Of a stretch of DNA of 32,000 nucleotides, positions 17,154 through 26,898 are shown piece after piece. Each line of letters starts with the position of its first letter. Positions within the stretch are counted from its first letter, which is position 1. The notes beneath the pieces were generated by a model. It searched no databases. It was not told where the DNA came from and was given only the letters and a program-made list of their open reading frames with translations. This DNA is from Promethearchaeota archaeon. Lineage in GTDB: Archaea > Asgardarchaeota > Hermodarchaeia > Hermodarchaeales > Hermodarchaeaceae. The stretch spans positions 60,001-92,000 of the forward strand of contig JBHLMI010000005.1 of NCBI GenBank assembly GCA_048938295.1. Reading direction: 5' to 3'. Made by a program: the position numbers and the translations under genes.

Positions 17154-18317
17154 ATGTACGACGAAGAACTTACAAATTTAATGATTCCGGGACCAGTCCC
17201 TATTCATCCGCGCGTCTACCGAGCTATGTCACGGGTAATTTTCGGTCATCGAACTCCTGAATATCAAAACCTGTACAAAGAAACCGTATCGCTTCTTCAG
17301 CGACTATTGCAAACTGAACAGGACGTTTTGGTCTTCACTGGATCAGGTACAGCTGCAATGGAAGCTGCAATCGCAAATACCTTGGAACCCGGTGAAAAAG
17401 TCCTAAACCTAGTAAACGGGAAGTTCAGCGAACGCTGGTCCGAGTTGACCACCGCCTTTGGTGGAACGCCTGTCATTCAAGAGTATACTTATGGGCAAGC
17501 AGTTGATCCTGAAAGGGTGCGCGAAGCTCTGGCCTCCGATGCCTCTATTCGTATCGTTACGATGTGTCATAATGAGACATCTACAGGTGTATTGAATCCT
17601 GCAAAAGAGGTAGGACAAATCGTTCGTGATTATGACCGCCTCTTCCTCGTCGACGGAATTACGTCGGTAGGTGGAGATTATGTCTTTCCCGATAAATGGA
17701 ATTTTGATATGTTGGTCACCGGAAGCCAGAAATGCCTTGGAGTTCCCCCTGGGCTAGGCGTCGTCTGGGTTGGCTCACGCGCATGGCAAAAAATCGGAGG
17801 ACGAAAACAGCCAAGCCCCACCTTTTACCTGAATTTGTTGATGGCTAAAAAACGCTATGATGGGTTCGGTGACTCACCGTTCACGTCAGCAATTAGCCTC
17901 ATGTACGGCCTTAACGAATCGCTCAAGATTATGTTTGAAGAAGGCTATGAGAATCGTGTCGAGCGACATCATCGACTGGGACGAATCACCCGCGCTGGTT
18001 ATTTGGGCAGCGGATTAGATTTACTAGCGGACCCAGCCCACTATTCGAATACAGTCACAGCAGTGAAGTATCCCTCTGGAATCACTGACAAGGAATTCCG
18101 TGGTCAGCTTCAAAATCTAGGGATATTAATAGCGGGTGGACAGGGTCCCGTGAAAGGTAAGATTTGGCGAACCAACCATATGAATATCTGCACGGAACGC
18201 GATGTACTATCCACCTTGGCTATAATTGAGGTCGTGTTAAAGCGCTTGGGATACGAATTCCCCCTTGGATCCGGAGTCCTTGCTGCTCAAGAACAGTTAT
18301 TGAAAGAAAAAATCTAG
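17154..18317 (+). CDS. Class V PLP aminotransferase (alanine-glyoxylate / serine-pyruvate type)
   Basis: LMIPGPVP, TGSGTAAMEAA, HNETSTGV, VDGITS, TGSQKCLG (PLP Lys). ATG 17154 is preferred over GTG 17070. Confidence 0.9.
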   Translation: MYDEELTNLMIPGPVPIHPRVYRAMSRVIFGHRTPEYQNLYKETVSLLQRLLQTEQDVLVFTGSGTAAMEAAIANTLEPGEKVLNLVNGKFSERWSELTTAFGGTPVIQEYTYGQAVDPERVREALASDASIRIVTMCHNETSTGVLNPAKEVGQIVRDYDRLFLVDGITSVGGDYVFPDKWNFDMLVTGSQKCLGVPPGLGVVWVGSRAWQKIGGRKQPSPTFYLNLLMAKKRYDGFGDSPFTSAISLMYGLNESLKIMFEEGYENRVERHHRLGRITRAGYLGSGLDLLADPAHYSNTVTAVKYPSGITDKEFRGQLQNLGILIAGGQGPVKGKIWRTNHMNICTERDVLSTLAIIEVVLKRLGYEFPLGSGVLAAQEQLLKEKI

Positions 18318-18380
18318 AACTCGGCATATCATAACACGTCATCCTTATAGCCGGTGAGGAGAATCAATTAACGTCGTAGA

Positions 18381-18393
18381 AAATCAGTGATTT
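18381..18393. promoter_or_regulatory. Candidate operator: perfect palindrome AAATCA-G-TGATTT
   Basis: Read directly from the sequence. It lies about 32 nt downstream of a TTATA box (18345-18349) and about 45 nt upstream of the giant TrmB-like ATG. Confidence 0.3.
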
Positions 18394-18437
18394 GACGTCC
18401 TACGTGAGAGACCGAATCAGAATTGAAGTGAACCAAA

Positions 18438-21400
18438 ATGACCCCAAATGATGAGAAACCTCCAGCTGCTTTAAAAAAGGAAGAAAGTGCTGATCAAAGT
18501 GCAGCCTCCATTGAGATTTCGTCTGAGTTATTAACAGCGTTGCAGATGCCGTTTAAGCTCACGGAGTCTCAAAGTCGTGCTTATACCGTCTTGTTGGTAT
18601 TGGGTCAGTTGACTGCAGATGAGATCAGCAACTATTCGGGTATCCCGATGACCAAGATAAAAAGCACCATTAAAACCCTTGAAGAAAAGCAGCTAATCAA
18701 GCCCCTACCCGGTGTTGTCACACGCTACCGAGCATTTGCACCCTACAAGGAGCTTGCTGATGAAGTTCAATCGTTCACTAAAGACACTGAAAAATCTTGG
18801 AAAGAATTGCAAAAACTCCAGACACAAACGTTGAGCGAAATCCATGATGAGCTACAAACAATGACAAGGCAGACTCGCAGCGCCTTAGAGAACCTGAACG
18901 AACGGCAGGGAATTGCGTTAAACGAAGCGGCAATGGCTACTAACATTGTTTTAAGCAATGTTGCTGAAAACCTGCAGAAATCCTTGGATAACCTTACAAC
19001 GGAGAATGTGAATGATATCTCTGAACATACTACATCAATCCAACAGGCGCTCAGCACCCTCATTGATAAGGGAAGCACCCAACTAGATGCCGATCAACAA
19101 CTCGCCTTAGATGATGCATCAAAGGCAATGAGTGCCCACCAAGAAGAAACGAACCAATGGATTAGCTCCACATTGGAACAACTCTTAGATCAAACCTCTG
19201 GAAGTACCCAGCAAATTACAACCTGGTTAGATGACGCAAAGGCCCTTTTCGACCGTAACATTGATTTTAGCATGAAAAGCGTTGCGTCTGAAGTCACTTC
19301 ACAGAAAGTAGAAACCACGGATATCATCGAGGATACTGCGAATACCGTTACAGATGAAATTACAACCCACACTCAAGAGACACAAGGAGTATTAGCTGCT
19401 TTACAAAAGGAAACCAAACAGATTTTGACGAAACACCATCAGGAGCTCTCATCTCAAATACAAGATATGTGGGCACAGCAGACACAGGCTTTGGACAATG
19501 CAATTATGGACCTCGAAAAAACCGTTCAAAAGGAAAATCAGCAACTAATTCAGGAGAGGGATACAGCTGCTGCAACAATGAATACAAAAATAAAATCAGG
19601 GTGTGAAGACTCAATAAAAAGTATTGAAACGCTGTTTCAAGATTTAGAGAAAACTCAACAGCACGCTAGTTCCGAGTTACGACAACTCCACAAAGAAGCT
19701 GAAACGACCATTGCACAATGGCCTCCCTCATCACTGAATTTTTCACAATTCTCTAAAATCAAAACTACAACATCGAAATTAATCGAGCAAGTAAAAACTG
19801 AACAAAATCAGCTGCTGGACAGCACAAGCCAAGATTTAGCCACTGAAATGCAAGATACCTACGTAGCAAGGCTTCTCGAAGTCCAGAACCTATTACAGGC
19901 ACTCATTGAAGAAGGTAAGTCACAGAAAACCAAGCTTACGGAAAATTTCAAATCAATTGCTGATCAAGTTGGACGACGACTCAAGCGCCGATTGGCTATA
20001 ATACAGAAAACAGCCCAGACATTTCTATCGAATTTTCAGTCCAATGTGGATTCATTAGAAGCCCAATATCAGGCCCTTGGCAAACAAATGCAAAAACTTC
20101 TCAAAAACGAGGCGAACGCCACTCTTAAAGCCCTCGAAGAAACTGAAGTCCAAATCAAGGAGCGCACTGACACCCGATTACTCCAGGCACAAGACACCAT
20201 AAATCAGTCAGCGCAAGAGAACCTGGCAAAAGCCACGAAAGAACAAGAGGGCAGTCTAAAACAAGTGAAAACCTTCCAAGCAGCAATGAAAAACACAATT
20301 AAGGAAACAACTAAAGAATTACAGCAAGAATTTACCAAGCTTGAAGGTATCGTTAGGCAATATTCTGATGGAATTGAAAGTACAGCTGATAAGTTCCGTG
20401 CCGAACAAATTCTAAAAATCGAAACGGCAATTGAAAAATACCAACCTGCATTCACAAGGCTACAATCGACTCGTGATAATGCGATCACTCTCGCCATGAA
20501 TTCATTGGCAGCTCAGCTTACCAAACGACACCAAAACACTTTGAATGACTTCAACACCCTCATGTTAGAAAACATCCCAGTCTATGGCCTCTCAGCACTG
20601 GATTCCTACCAAACTACTTTTCAAAAAAATGCAACCGCTCTAGAAACTGAAGCCTTATCAGCAACAGAGTCTGCAATCCTGAAGCAACTCACTGCATCAG
20701 AACTCGAAACCATTGATACAGGGATTACAAAGGCTTTTAGCAAACAAATAGACGATGTTTCGGCGAGTCTCCAAGACTTCCTCGCAGGTCAACAAACACT
20801 GCAGGATTCACAATCGGAAACTGCATTAAATCTAGCACAAGATGAGTTGATCGAAGTATTCGAGCAGCAAATCTCCAAACACAACGAGATGCTCGCGAAA
20901 TCGTTCATAAGTAAACTAAAACCTGTTTTAAGCAAATGCAAAACCAAGATTTCAAAACAGATAAGCCGTGAAGAACAAATCAGCAAGATAATCCAGACAA
21001 CACACAAAAAGATCAAGACATCGCTCGCACCAATTGTAGCTAGACGTTCAAAGGCTATTCGTGATAAACTCGATGAAGAGCTCGAATCAACCTTTCAAAC
21101 TCTTATCTCTCAACTAGAAAAACAGACCAACCAAGAAGCTAAAGTTACAGAGATTATCGACTCAACAGCGACCAATCTAGAAAAGTTATCAGAAACCCAA
21201 TTCAAGAAAGAGCCCAAGGAAAACCTAAACGAACAAGTATCGAATCTCCTGGCAATTTTCACTGAATACCAATCAGCCATAGAACGTCAACACATGACTA
21301 ATACAAAAAATATCACCACTAAATTTCAAGATTTGTTTAAAGAAATGATAGAGACAAGTTATGTAGGGAGCTTGAAATCACAGATAAATAGCCTGCTCCA

Positions 21401-23816
21401 AAAAACTTGCATAGAAGTGTTAAGGCTCTATCGAACAAAAATTGCGGCAGAACAGACAACCGTGATAGAAAAAGCAGAGGCAGCCTATCAAACTGCATTA
21501 GATAAGCAACTCCGCACTCAAATGCAACCCAGAATCCATGAGTATTCAACCTCTGAAAGTCCAACAATCAACACTGTAATTGATGAAACAAAAACCGTTC
21601 TTGCCGAGACAACCAAAAATGCTGACGCAAACAGTCGAACTCTCATTGAAAAGTACTGGTTACCTCTGACAAAAATCATTGAGGAATATTCCTCTGTCGT
21701 AGTGGGTAACCTCACAGCTCTAAACACGGCTACCGGCTCTGCAGTCGACCAGACCACCATGAACGTCAACACGACCCTGACGAATTTCGAAGATGACTCA
21801 AACAAGCTATTGTCAGCTACGGTTCAAACCTTTGATCGAGAAAAAAGTGCAATCAACGAGCAAATCACACAAAGTTTCACCGAATTGCAGGAGGACTGCA
21901 TCGCGCAGCTTCAAGAAGCTCAAACCCTCCTTGAAACATTGAATACTGATATAGTGGCACGAAAGGCTACAACGACAGAAAAAATCGAAAGCATGGCTGG
22001 AGAAATTGATGCCACGACGACCTCACACTATGCAACCACCCGAAAAATCACCAATGCCTTTGTAGAGAACGTCCAAACTGAGTTAGCAACCCAGGAAGAA
22101 CGAGTTGAGAACCTCAAGAAAAATATCCAAGATCTAATCCACAAACAAGGAGTGGTCCTAAACGAGGGAGTGGATCGAATCCTAACACAACTGGTTGAGT
22201 TCTCGGAAACGCAAATACCAAAAATGCAAGGCATCATCGAAGAGAGCGGGCAAAATTACGTAAATCGCATCGAAGAGCAAAGAGCTAACACAGACCACCA
22301 CTTTGAAGAATTTGCACTCACTCTCTCGAAAGAACTAGACAAGTATACTTCAACATTACAACAAGAGCTAGAACAACTACAAACCATTACCTCGAAATTA
22401 GTTGAGCAAATCGGAAAAGCCACTGACACTATTGATACAGAAATTACCAAAGAAACTGATACCAGCAAAGTGAACCTACTCAACACGATTAACGCTCAAC
22501 AGCAGGTGTTGAATCAGGATATTAGCTCAACGTTTCAATCACTAGCCAAGAAAACACAACAAATTCAGGTCCAACTGCTAGATAAACTGAATCGTGTACG
22601 AGATGAAGGAAGAGAAGCACTTGACCAAGACCAGACCGAAATCACTACTGCCTTAGATACCACTCTTAACACGACAGTGAACAAAAAAGAACAAGCCATT
22701 CAAGCACAACTCGAAACACAGAAGGCAAAAAATCAAGCCCTGATCACTCAACTAGGCGAAACTCTGTCAGCCATTAGAGATAGCGTAACTACAACCTCAG
22801 ATAGTCTCCAAGAATCAGTAACATCTGCGTTGATGAACGTTCAAGCCGAACTCATAAAAATTCACTCGAATTCAAGGACACTAATAGAAGAAACGGATCA
22901 AACCCTTAGAACTGAGATAGGAGAGGAAGCTGAAAAGACTCTGCAAAGCCAAACCAAATCGATAGGTTTAACCGATTCTCGATTAAAGCGAGCAATACAG
23001 GATAGTATCCGCCGAACGAAGGAAAGCCTACAAAGTTTGAAAGGCACAGCATCAACTGATCTTCAGCAAAAGAACAAATCCTTTGTTGCATCCATCACTC
23101 AGACACTAGAGAACGTTAAAGATGGGCTAATGACTCAAACTCAGCAAACAGGTAGGCGTATTAGTCGTACCCTGAGCAAAGAACGCCAAACTCTGAAATT
23201 AGAATATCAGACTCTGGAAAAAGAAATTACTACACGAGCTAAGACCGCCGAGACAACAGCCGTAAATTCGCTGCAGCTCTTCTCGACACAAACTGAGCCA
23301 ACTCTAGACCGCTTGCGAACACAGGCAAGTCAAACGGAAGAAATTCTCATCGGTCTATGGGATACACTTACAAAACTAGAACCCGCTGAGGCTGAACGAA
23401 CTTGGCGTATTGTTACGTGCGAAGGGATTCAAAACCATTTGTTGGATATGTTGCGAAGAATTGACGAAACAATCACCTTGGTATATCCCTCGTTTGATGA
23501 GGTGCCGGTAACTGAGCTGAGTAAGATTCAACCACAAAGCCGTGTACATATAATTACCACGTTGGATAGAGAAAAACAGCTGGCTAGTGCTCAGAAGCTC
23601 TTACAACAAGGGAATATTCGAATCTGGGATAACCCGAACATGGAGTTCTACGGTGGATCCAGGGATGGAGAAGAAGTTCTCATCGCACCCACTTATGGAA
23701 ATCAAGGGGAAATCGTTGCTGTCGTCAGCGACCAAGCAAGTTACATTGCATTATTCAATCAAACGCTAGGACCACGGTGGGTTTCCGCATCGGAGGAAAT
23801 TCGTCTTCGAAGTTGA
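18438..23816 (+). CDS. Giant TrmB-like protein: N-terminal wHTH, about 1,550 aa helical/coiled-coil region, C-terminal TrmB effector-type (PLD-fold) domain
   Basis: FKLTESQSRAYTVLLVLGQLTADEISNYSGIPMTKIKSTIKTLEEKQLI...RYRAFAP is the TrmB wHTH. The centre is rich in Q/E/T/K/L and almost lacks Trp and Cys. C-terminal IQNHLLDMLRRIDETITL...RVHIITT...RDGEEVLIAP matches the TrmB C-domain pattern. Confidence 0.85.
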   Translation: MTPNDEKPPAALKKEESADQSAASIEISSELLTALQMPFKLTESQSRAYTVLLVLGQLTADEISNYSGIPMTKIKSTIKTLEEKQLIKPLPGVVTRYRAFAPYKELADEVQSFTKDTEKSWKELQKLQTQTLSEIHDELQTMTRQTRSALENLNERQGIALNEAAMATNIVLSNVAENLQKSLDNLTTENVNDISEHTTSIQQALSTLIDKGSTQLDADQQLALDDASKAMSAHQEETNQWISSTLEQLLDQTSGSTQQITTWLDDAKALFDRNIDFSMKSVASEVTSQKVETTDIIEDTANTVTDEITTHTQETQGVLAALQKETKQILTKHHQELSSQIQDMWAQQTQALDNAIMDLEKTVQKENQQLIQERDTAAATMNTKIKSGCEDSIKSIETLFQDLEKTQQHASSELRQLHKEAETTIAQWPPSSLNFSQFSKIKTTTSKLIEQVKTEQNQLLDSTSQDLATEMQDTYVARLLEVQNLLQALIEEGKSQKTKLTENFKSIADQVGRRLKRRLAIIQKTAQTFLSNFQSNVDSLEAQYQALGKQMQKLLKNEANATLKALEETEVQIKERTDTRLLQAQDTINQSAQENLAKATKEQEGSLKQVKTFQAAMKNTIKETTKELQQEFTKLEGIVRQYSDGIESTADKFRAEQILKIETAIEKYQPAFTRLQSTRDNAITLAMNSLAAQLTKRHQNTLNDFNTLMLENIPVYGLSALDSYQTTFQKNATALETEALSATESAILKQLTASELETIDTGITKAFSKQIDDVSASLQDFLAGQQTLQDSQSETALNLAQDELIEVFEQQISKHNEMLAKSFISKLKPVLSKCKTKISKQISREEQISKIIQTTHKKIKTSLAPIVARRSKAIRDKLDEELESTFQTLISQLEKQTNQEAKVTEIIDSTATNLEKLSETQFKKEPKENLNEQVSNLLAIFTEYQSAIERQHMTNTKNITTKFQDLFKEMIETSYVGSLKSQINSLLQKTCIEVLRLYRTKIAAEQTTVIEKAEAAYQTALDKQLRTQMQPRIHEYSTSESPTINTVIDETKTVLAETTKNADANSRTLIEKYWLPLTKIIEEYSSVVVGNLTALNTATGSAVDQTTMNVNTTLTNFEDDSNKLLSATVQTFDREKSAINEQITQSFTELQEDCIAQLQEAQTLLETLNTDIVARKATTTEKIESMAGEIDATTTSHYATTRKITNAFVENVQTELATQEERVENLKKNIQDLIHKQGVVLNEGVDRILTQLVEFSETQIPKMQGIIEESGQNYVNRIEEQRANTDHHFEEFALTLSKELDKYTSTLQQELEQLQTITSKLVEQIGKATDTIDTEITKETDTSKVNLLNTINAQQQVLNQDISSTFQSLAKKTQQIQVQLLDKLNRVRDEGREALDQDQTEITTALDTTLNTTVNKKEQAIQAQLETQKAKNQALITQLGETLSAIRDSVTTTSDSLQESVTSALMNVQAELIKIHSNSRTLIEETDQTLRTEIGEEAEKTLQSQTKSIGLTDSRLKRAIQDSIRRTKESLQSLKGTASTDLQQKNKSFVASITQTLENVKDGLMTQTQQTGRRISRTLSKERQTLKLEYQTLEKEITTRAKTAETTAVNSLQLFSTQTEPTLDRLRTQASQTEEILIGLWDTLTKLEPAEAERTWRIVTCEGIQNHLLDMLRRIDETITLVYPSFDEVPVTELSKIQPQSRVHIITTLDREKQLASAQKLLQQGNIRIWDNPNMEFYGGSRDGEEVLIAPTYGNQGEIVAVVSDQASYIALFNQTLGPRWVSASEEIRLRS

Positions 23817-23840
23817 GAACCTAGATTGTATAAAACAACG

Positions 23841-25583
23841 CTATTCGGTGCGACCAACCCGGTTGGTCGCAGCCTTCCGGTGGAACTGAGAATTGTAGAG
23901 TTCTTGTACCCGGTGGATGGTGTCAGCTTCATTCGGATCTTTATCGTACCGTAGCCGTTTAATTCGTGCGAAGCGAAGCGCCATGCCGGACTTGTACGTA
24001 GGACTTTTTTGAATCTCATCATATTCAACTTCAACCACAATCCGTGGATGTACTTTGACAACTCCACCACGTTGTTCAATCTTAAGATCCAAGAGACGTT
24101 GGGTAATCTCCACAAATTCTGCATCTGTTAGTCCCTTGAAGGTTTTCCCAAGCATGTGAAACTCTCCAGTTTCAGGATCCTGCGCGGCAAGGTGATAATC
24201 ACTTAGCCATTTATGCCGTCGCCCAGTCCCCCATTCAGCTGCAATAATCACCAGGTCAAGGGTCTCCATACTTTGTTTAACCTTTAACCAAGCCTTTCCT
24301 CGTATACCTGGCTGATACCTACTGTCCAGACGTTTCGCAACTAGACCCTCATGGCCAGCCTCGATGGCTTTCTCAAAAAAGGATTGGGCTTTATTGGAAT
24401 CGGAGGTCACGAGTTGTTCTACCAATGGAATTGCCCCACTAACTTTCTCAAGGAGCTCCCGTCGGGATTGATACGGTGAATCGATGAGGACATTCCCTTC
24501 TTCCATTAACAGGTCAAACAAGTACAAGGTTACAGGGATCTCAGCAATCATTTCTTCAACTTTCCTAACTCGCCGGAACCGTCGCATTAGATGTTGAAAG
24601 GGATGTGGACGTCCATCTGGCCCCTCTGCAAGCACCTCTCCTTCAAGGATACAACTTTGCAAACTAACCTGATTGCCAACCAAATCTACTAGATCAGGAA
24701 GACTTGTCGTAACATCGGTCAATCGGCGACTGTAAATACGTATCTGTGTTTGGTGATTTTCTCGTTGTAGGTGAATCTGAACACGGGCGCCATCCAGCTT
24801 CATTTCAAAAGCTGATGTTCCATCATGGATTTTTAGGGCATCTTCGACATCTTCGGCTTGGGCAGCTAACATAGGAAGCAATGGAACGAACGCACAAAGC
24901 TTCACATTTTTCAATCCTTCAGAACCCTGATGGAAAGCTGTCCTTGCTACTTGACCAATATTTCCGGTAAGCATATTCGCGCGGCGAACCAGGTCCAGAG
25001 GTATATTCAGCTTTCGTGCAATGGCACTTTCTAGCATTCCAGCACTGAAACCTATCCGTTGATCCCCCACAAGCAGTTTTGTGATATACTTAGCTTCTAG
25101 CGGTTTAGCCCGCGTAAATAAGGCTCGGAGTAATGCGGTTTTTCGTTTTCGGGACCCTGAACCTTGTGCATCTGCGATTTCGGTAAAAGTAGAATGGACA
25201 TCTTGTATTGTCAAAGGCGTTGTAAACAATGTCGATTGTCGAATAGTTCCTGAGCGAAGATACAACTGGTATACAACTTCGCCAATATCCCCTGATTGTG
25301 CAAAGAGTTCATTTAACAATTGACGCGGGGGATGCAGAAGCTCCTGGAGAATCTGATTGAGTGCTTTCCAATCAAGAGCCAACGTCCGTTGGCTAGTCCG
25401 TGGAAAAGGACGACCAATAAGGAGTAAGGTCCCAATTTCAGTTTCCTCAACCGATAAATTCGCTAGGAACGTCCCAGCCATATCCATTTTCTCTAAACGA
25501 CTCGAGGTTCCCATAATAGCCTCAGAAACTTCTGCCAAGACCTGAAATGGAGTTGCTGGATTAGCAGCCGCCTTAGACATCAA
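23841..25583 (-). CDS. lig: ATP-dependent DNA ligase (archaeal LigI type)
   Basis: Motif I EMKLDGARVQIH, III ILEGEV, IIIa YLFDLL, IV EGLVAK, V WLKVK, VI LRFARIKRLRYDK. Confidence 0.95.
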   Translation of the reverse strand: MMSKAAANPATPFQVLAEVSEAIMGTSSRLEKMDMAGTFLANLSVEETEIGTLLLIGRPFPRTSQRTLALDWKALNQILQELLHPPRQLLNELFAQSGDIGEVVYQLYLRSGTIRQSTLFTTPLTIQDVHSTFTEIADAQGSGSRKRKTALLRALFTRAKPLEAKYITKLLVGDQRIGFSAGMLESAIARKLNIPLDLVRRANMLTGNIGQVARTAFHQGSEGLKNVKLCAFVPLLPMLAAQAEDVEDALKIHDGTSAFEMKLDGARVQIHLQRENHQTQIRIYSRRLTDVTTSLPDLVDLVGNQVSLQSCILEGEVLAEGPDGRPHPFQHLMRRFRRVRKVEEMIAEIPVTLYLFDLLMEEGNVLIDSPYQSRRELLEKVSGAIPLVEQLVTSDSNKAQSFFEKAIEAGHEGLVAKRLDSRYQPGIRGKAWLKVKQSMETLDLVIIAAEWGTGRRHKWLSDYHLAAQDPETGEFHMLGKTFKGLTDAEFVEITQRLLDLKIEQRGGVVKVHPRIVVEVEYDEIQKSPTYKSGMALRFARIKRLRYDKDPNEADTIHRVQELYNSQFHRKAATNRVGRTE

Positions 25584-25622
25584 GAGCCCCTTCTTTTCCT
25601 CAAAATCCTCCCCTCCTACAAC

Positions 25623-25630
25623 CTTAAAAA
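25623..25630. promoter_or_regulatory. Candidate TATA element in the divergent lig/ssb intergenic region
   Basis: CTTAAAAA on + and TTTTTAAG on -; about 40 nt from the lig start and about 50 nt from the ssb start. Confidence 0.3.
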
Positions 25631-25681
25631 GTGTGCTTCATTACATCCATGATAACTTCCAATTACGCAGGTTCTGAAAAA

Positions 25682-26020
25682 ATGAAAGTCCATGAATTAA
25701 CTTCTGCATCCCGAAGTGTCAACATCCGATTGCGTATCCTTTCCTTGGAGCCCGTTCGAGATGTGGAGACACGCTATGGTAAAGCCCGAGTGGCCACCGC
25801 ACAAGCGGGTGACGAAACCGGTACGATCAAGCTCTCATTGTGGAACGATGATATTGACATGATCGATGAAGGGGCCATTGTTGAAGTTGAAAACGGGTTC
25901 ATCAAAACGTTTCGCGGGGAAATGGAACTATCCGCAGGACGGTATGGAACCATCGCCCTAGTTGATGATCCAAAGTTTCCTTCACGGGAAGAAATTATGA
26001 GCAAACATCCTGGCGAATAG
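25682..26020 (+). CDS. ssb: Single-OB-fold single-stranded DNA-binding protein (crenarchaeal SSB / RPA-like)
   Basis: VNIRLRILSL...VATAQAGDETGTIKLSLWND...VEVENGFIKTFRGEMELSAGRYG. ATG 25682 is preferred. Confidence 0.88.
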   Translation: MKVHELTSASRSVNIRLRILSLEPVRDVETRYGKARVATAQAGDETGTIKLSLWNDDIDMIDEGAIVEVENGFIKTFRGEMELSAGRYGTIALVDDPKFPSREEIMSKHPGE

Positions 26021-26061
26021 TCCAACGCTTCAGGTCCAATAGTGTGTGAGGGAAGCTGTAA

Positions 26062-26898
26062 TTGATTATTGATCAATTCTTTGCTTGGTTACATGCTGTC
26101 GATGTATGGGTTGAAGGGCTCATGTGGCTCCTAATCTCATGGGTCCATACCTTAGGCCCTCTTGGCGTGTTTATCGGCGTAATGATTGAGACCTTTATCG
26201 CACCGATTCCTTCACCCCTTGTTCCAATGGCAGCAGGAGCCATCCTAACCATTGGGTTAGATCCGGTGCAGGCGCTTCTTGTCATCCTATTTAGCGTTAT
26301 GTTTGTTGGGGCCCTTGCAGCCACTATTGGATCGTTTTTTGCCTATGGCATCGCTTACTTTGGCGGTTATCCTATCATCGAACGATATGGCAAATATTTT
26401 GGTTCTTCAATCGAAGAAATTGAATATACACGACTGAGCTTGGAGAAGTCTTCACGAGATGAAATCTTCCTATTCACGGCCCGTGTAGTGCCAATTGTTC
26501 CCCTCTCAGTTGTTTCACTACTTTATGGAGCCATCCGATGGAATCCAAAACGCTATACACTCCTCACGTTCTTGGGTTGCTTACCACGGTATTTTGTTCT
26601 GGGTCTTTCGGGGTGGCTTTTAGGATTTGTCTTGCTAAGTATCATCGATTTCTTTGAAACGATTATTCTGGCATTTGTCCTCATCTTCTTTGTCGGCTTT
26701 GTGCTTTACCGAATAGTCATCCGCCGGCGCTCACAACAGATGCAGGCGTCAATGAAAAAGGAGGCACCAAAGACTGACGATTCAGCTAGCCTTCAGAGTG
26801 AGGATTACCAACAACTGCCGGTCGTAGCTCGAAGAAAAACATCACTTTACAGCCCTGGTTTTGGAGATCCGCTTGGAGAGCTGCCGCACGACCCTTAG
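26062..26898 (+). CDS. DedA / VTT-domain membrane protein
   Basis: GPLGVFIGVMIETFIAPIPS, GSFFAYGIAYFGG, FTARVVPIVP (FxxRxxP); several hydrophobic helices. Confidence 0.85.
   Translation: MIIDQFFAWLHAVDVWVEGLMWLLISWVHTLGPLGVFIGVMIETFIAPIPSPLVPMAAGAILTIGLDPVQALLVILFSVMFVGALAATIGSFFAYGIAYFGGYPIIERYGKYFGSSIEEIEYTRLSLEKSSRDEIFLFTARVVPIVPLSVVSLLYGAIRWNPKRYTLLTFLGCLPRYFVLGLSGWLLGFVLLSIIDFFETIILAFVLIFFVGFVLYRIVIRRRSQQMQASMKKEAPKTDDSASLQSEDYQQLPVVARRKTSLYSPGFGDPLGELPHDP

Noticed and set aside
15415-18317. PhnW/PhnY phosphonate-catabolism pair
   Set aside because: No phosphonoacetate hydrolase or transporter nearby, and the aminotransferase N-terminus is AGT/SPT-like.
18438-23816. Calling the giant protein SMC/Rad50 or a chemoreceptor
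   Set aside because: No Walker A/B, ABC signature, hinge or TM segments; the termini are TrmB-like.
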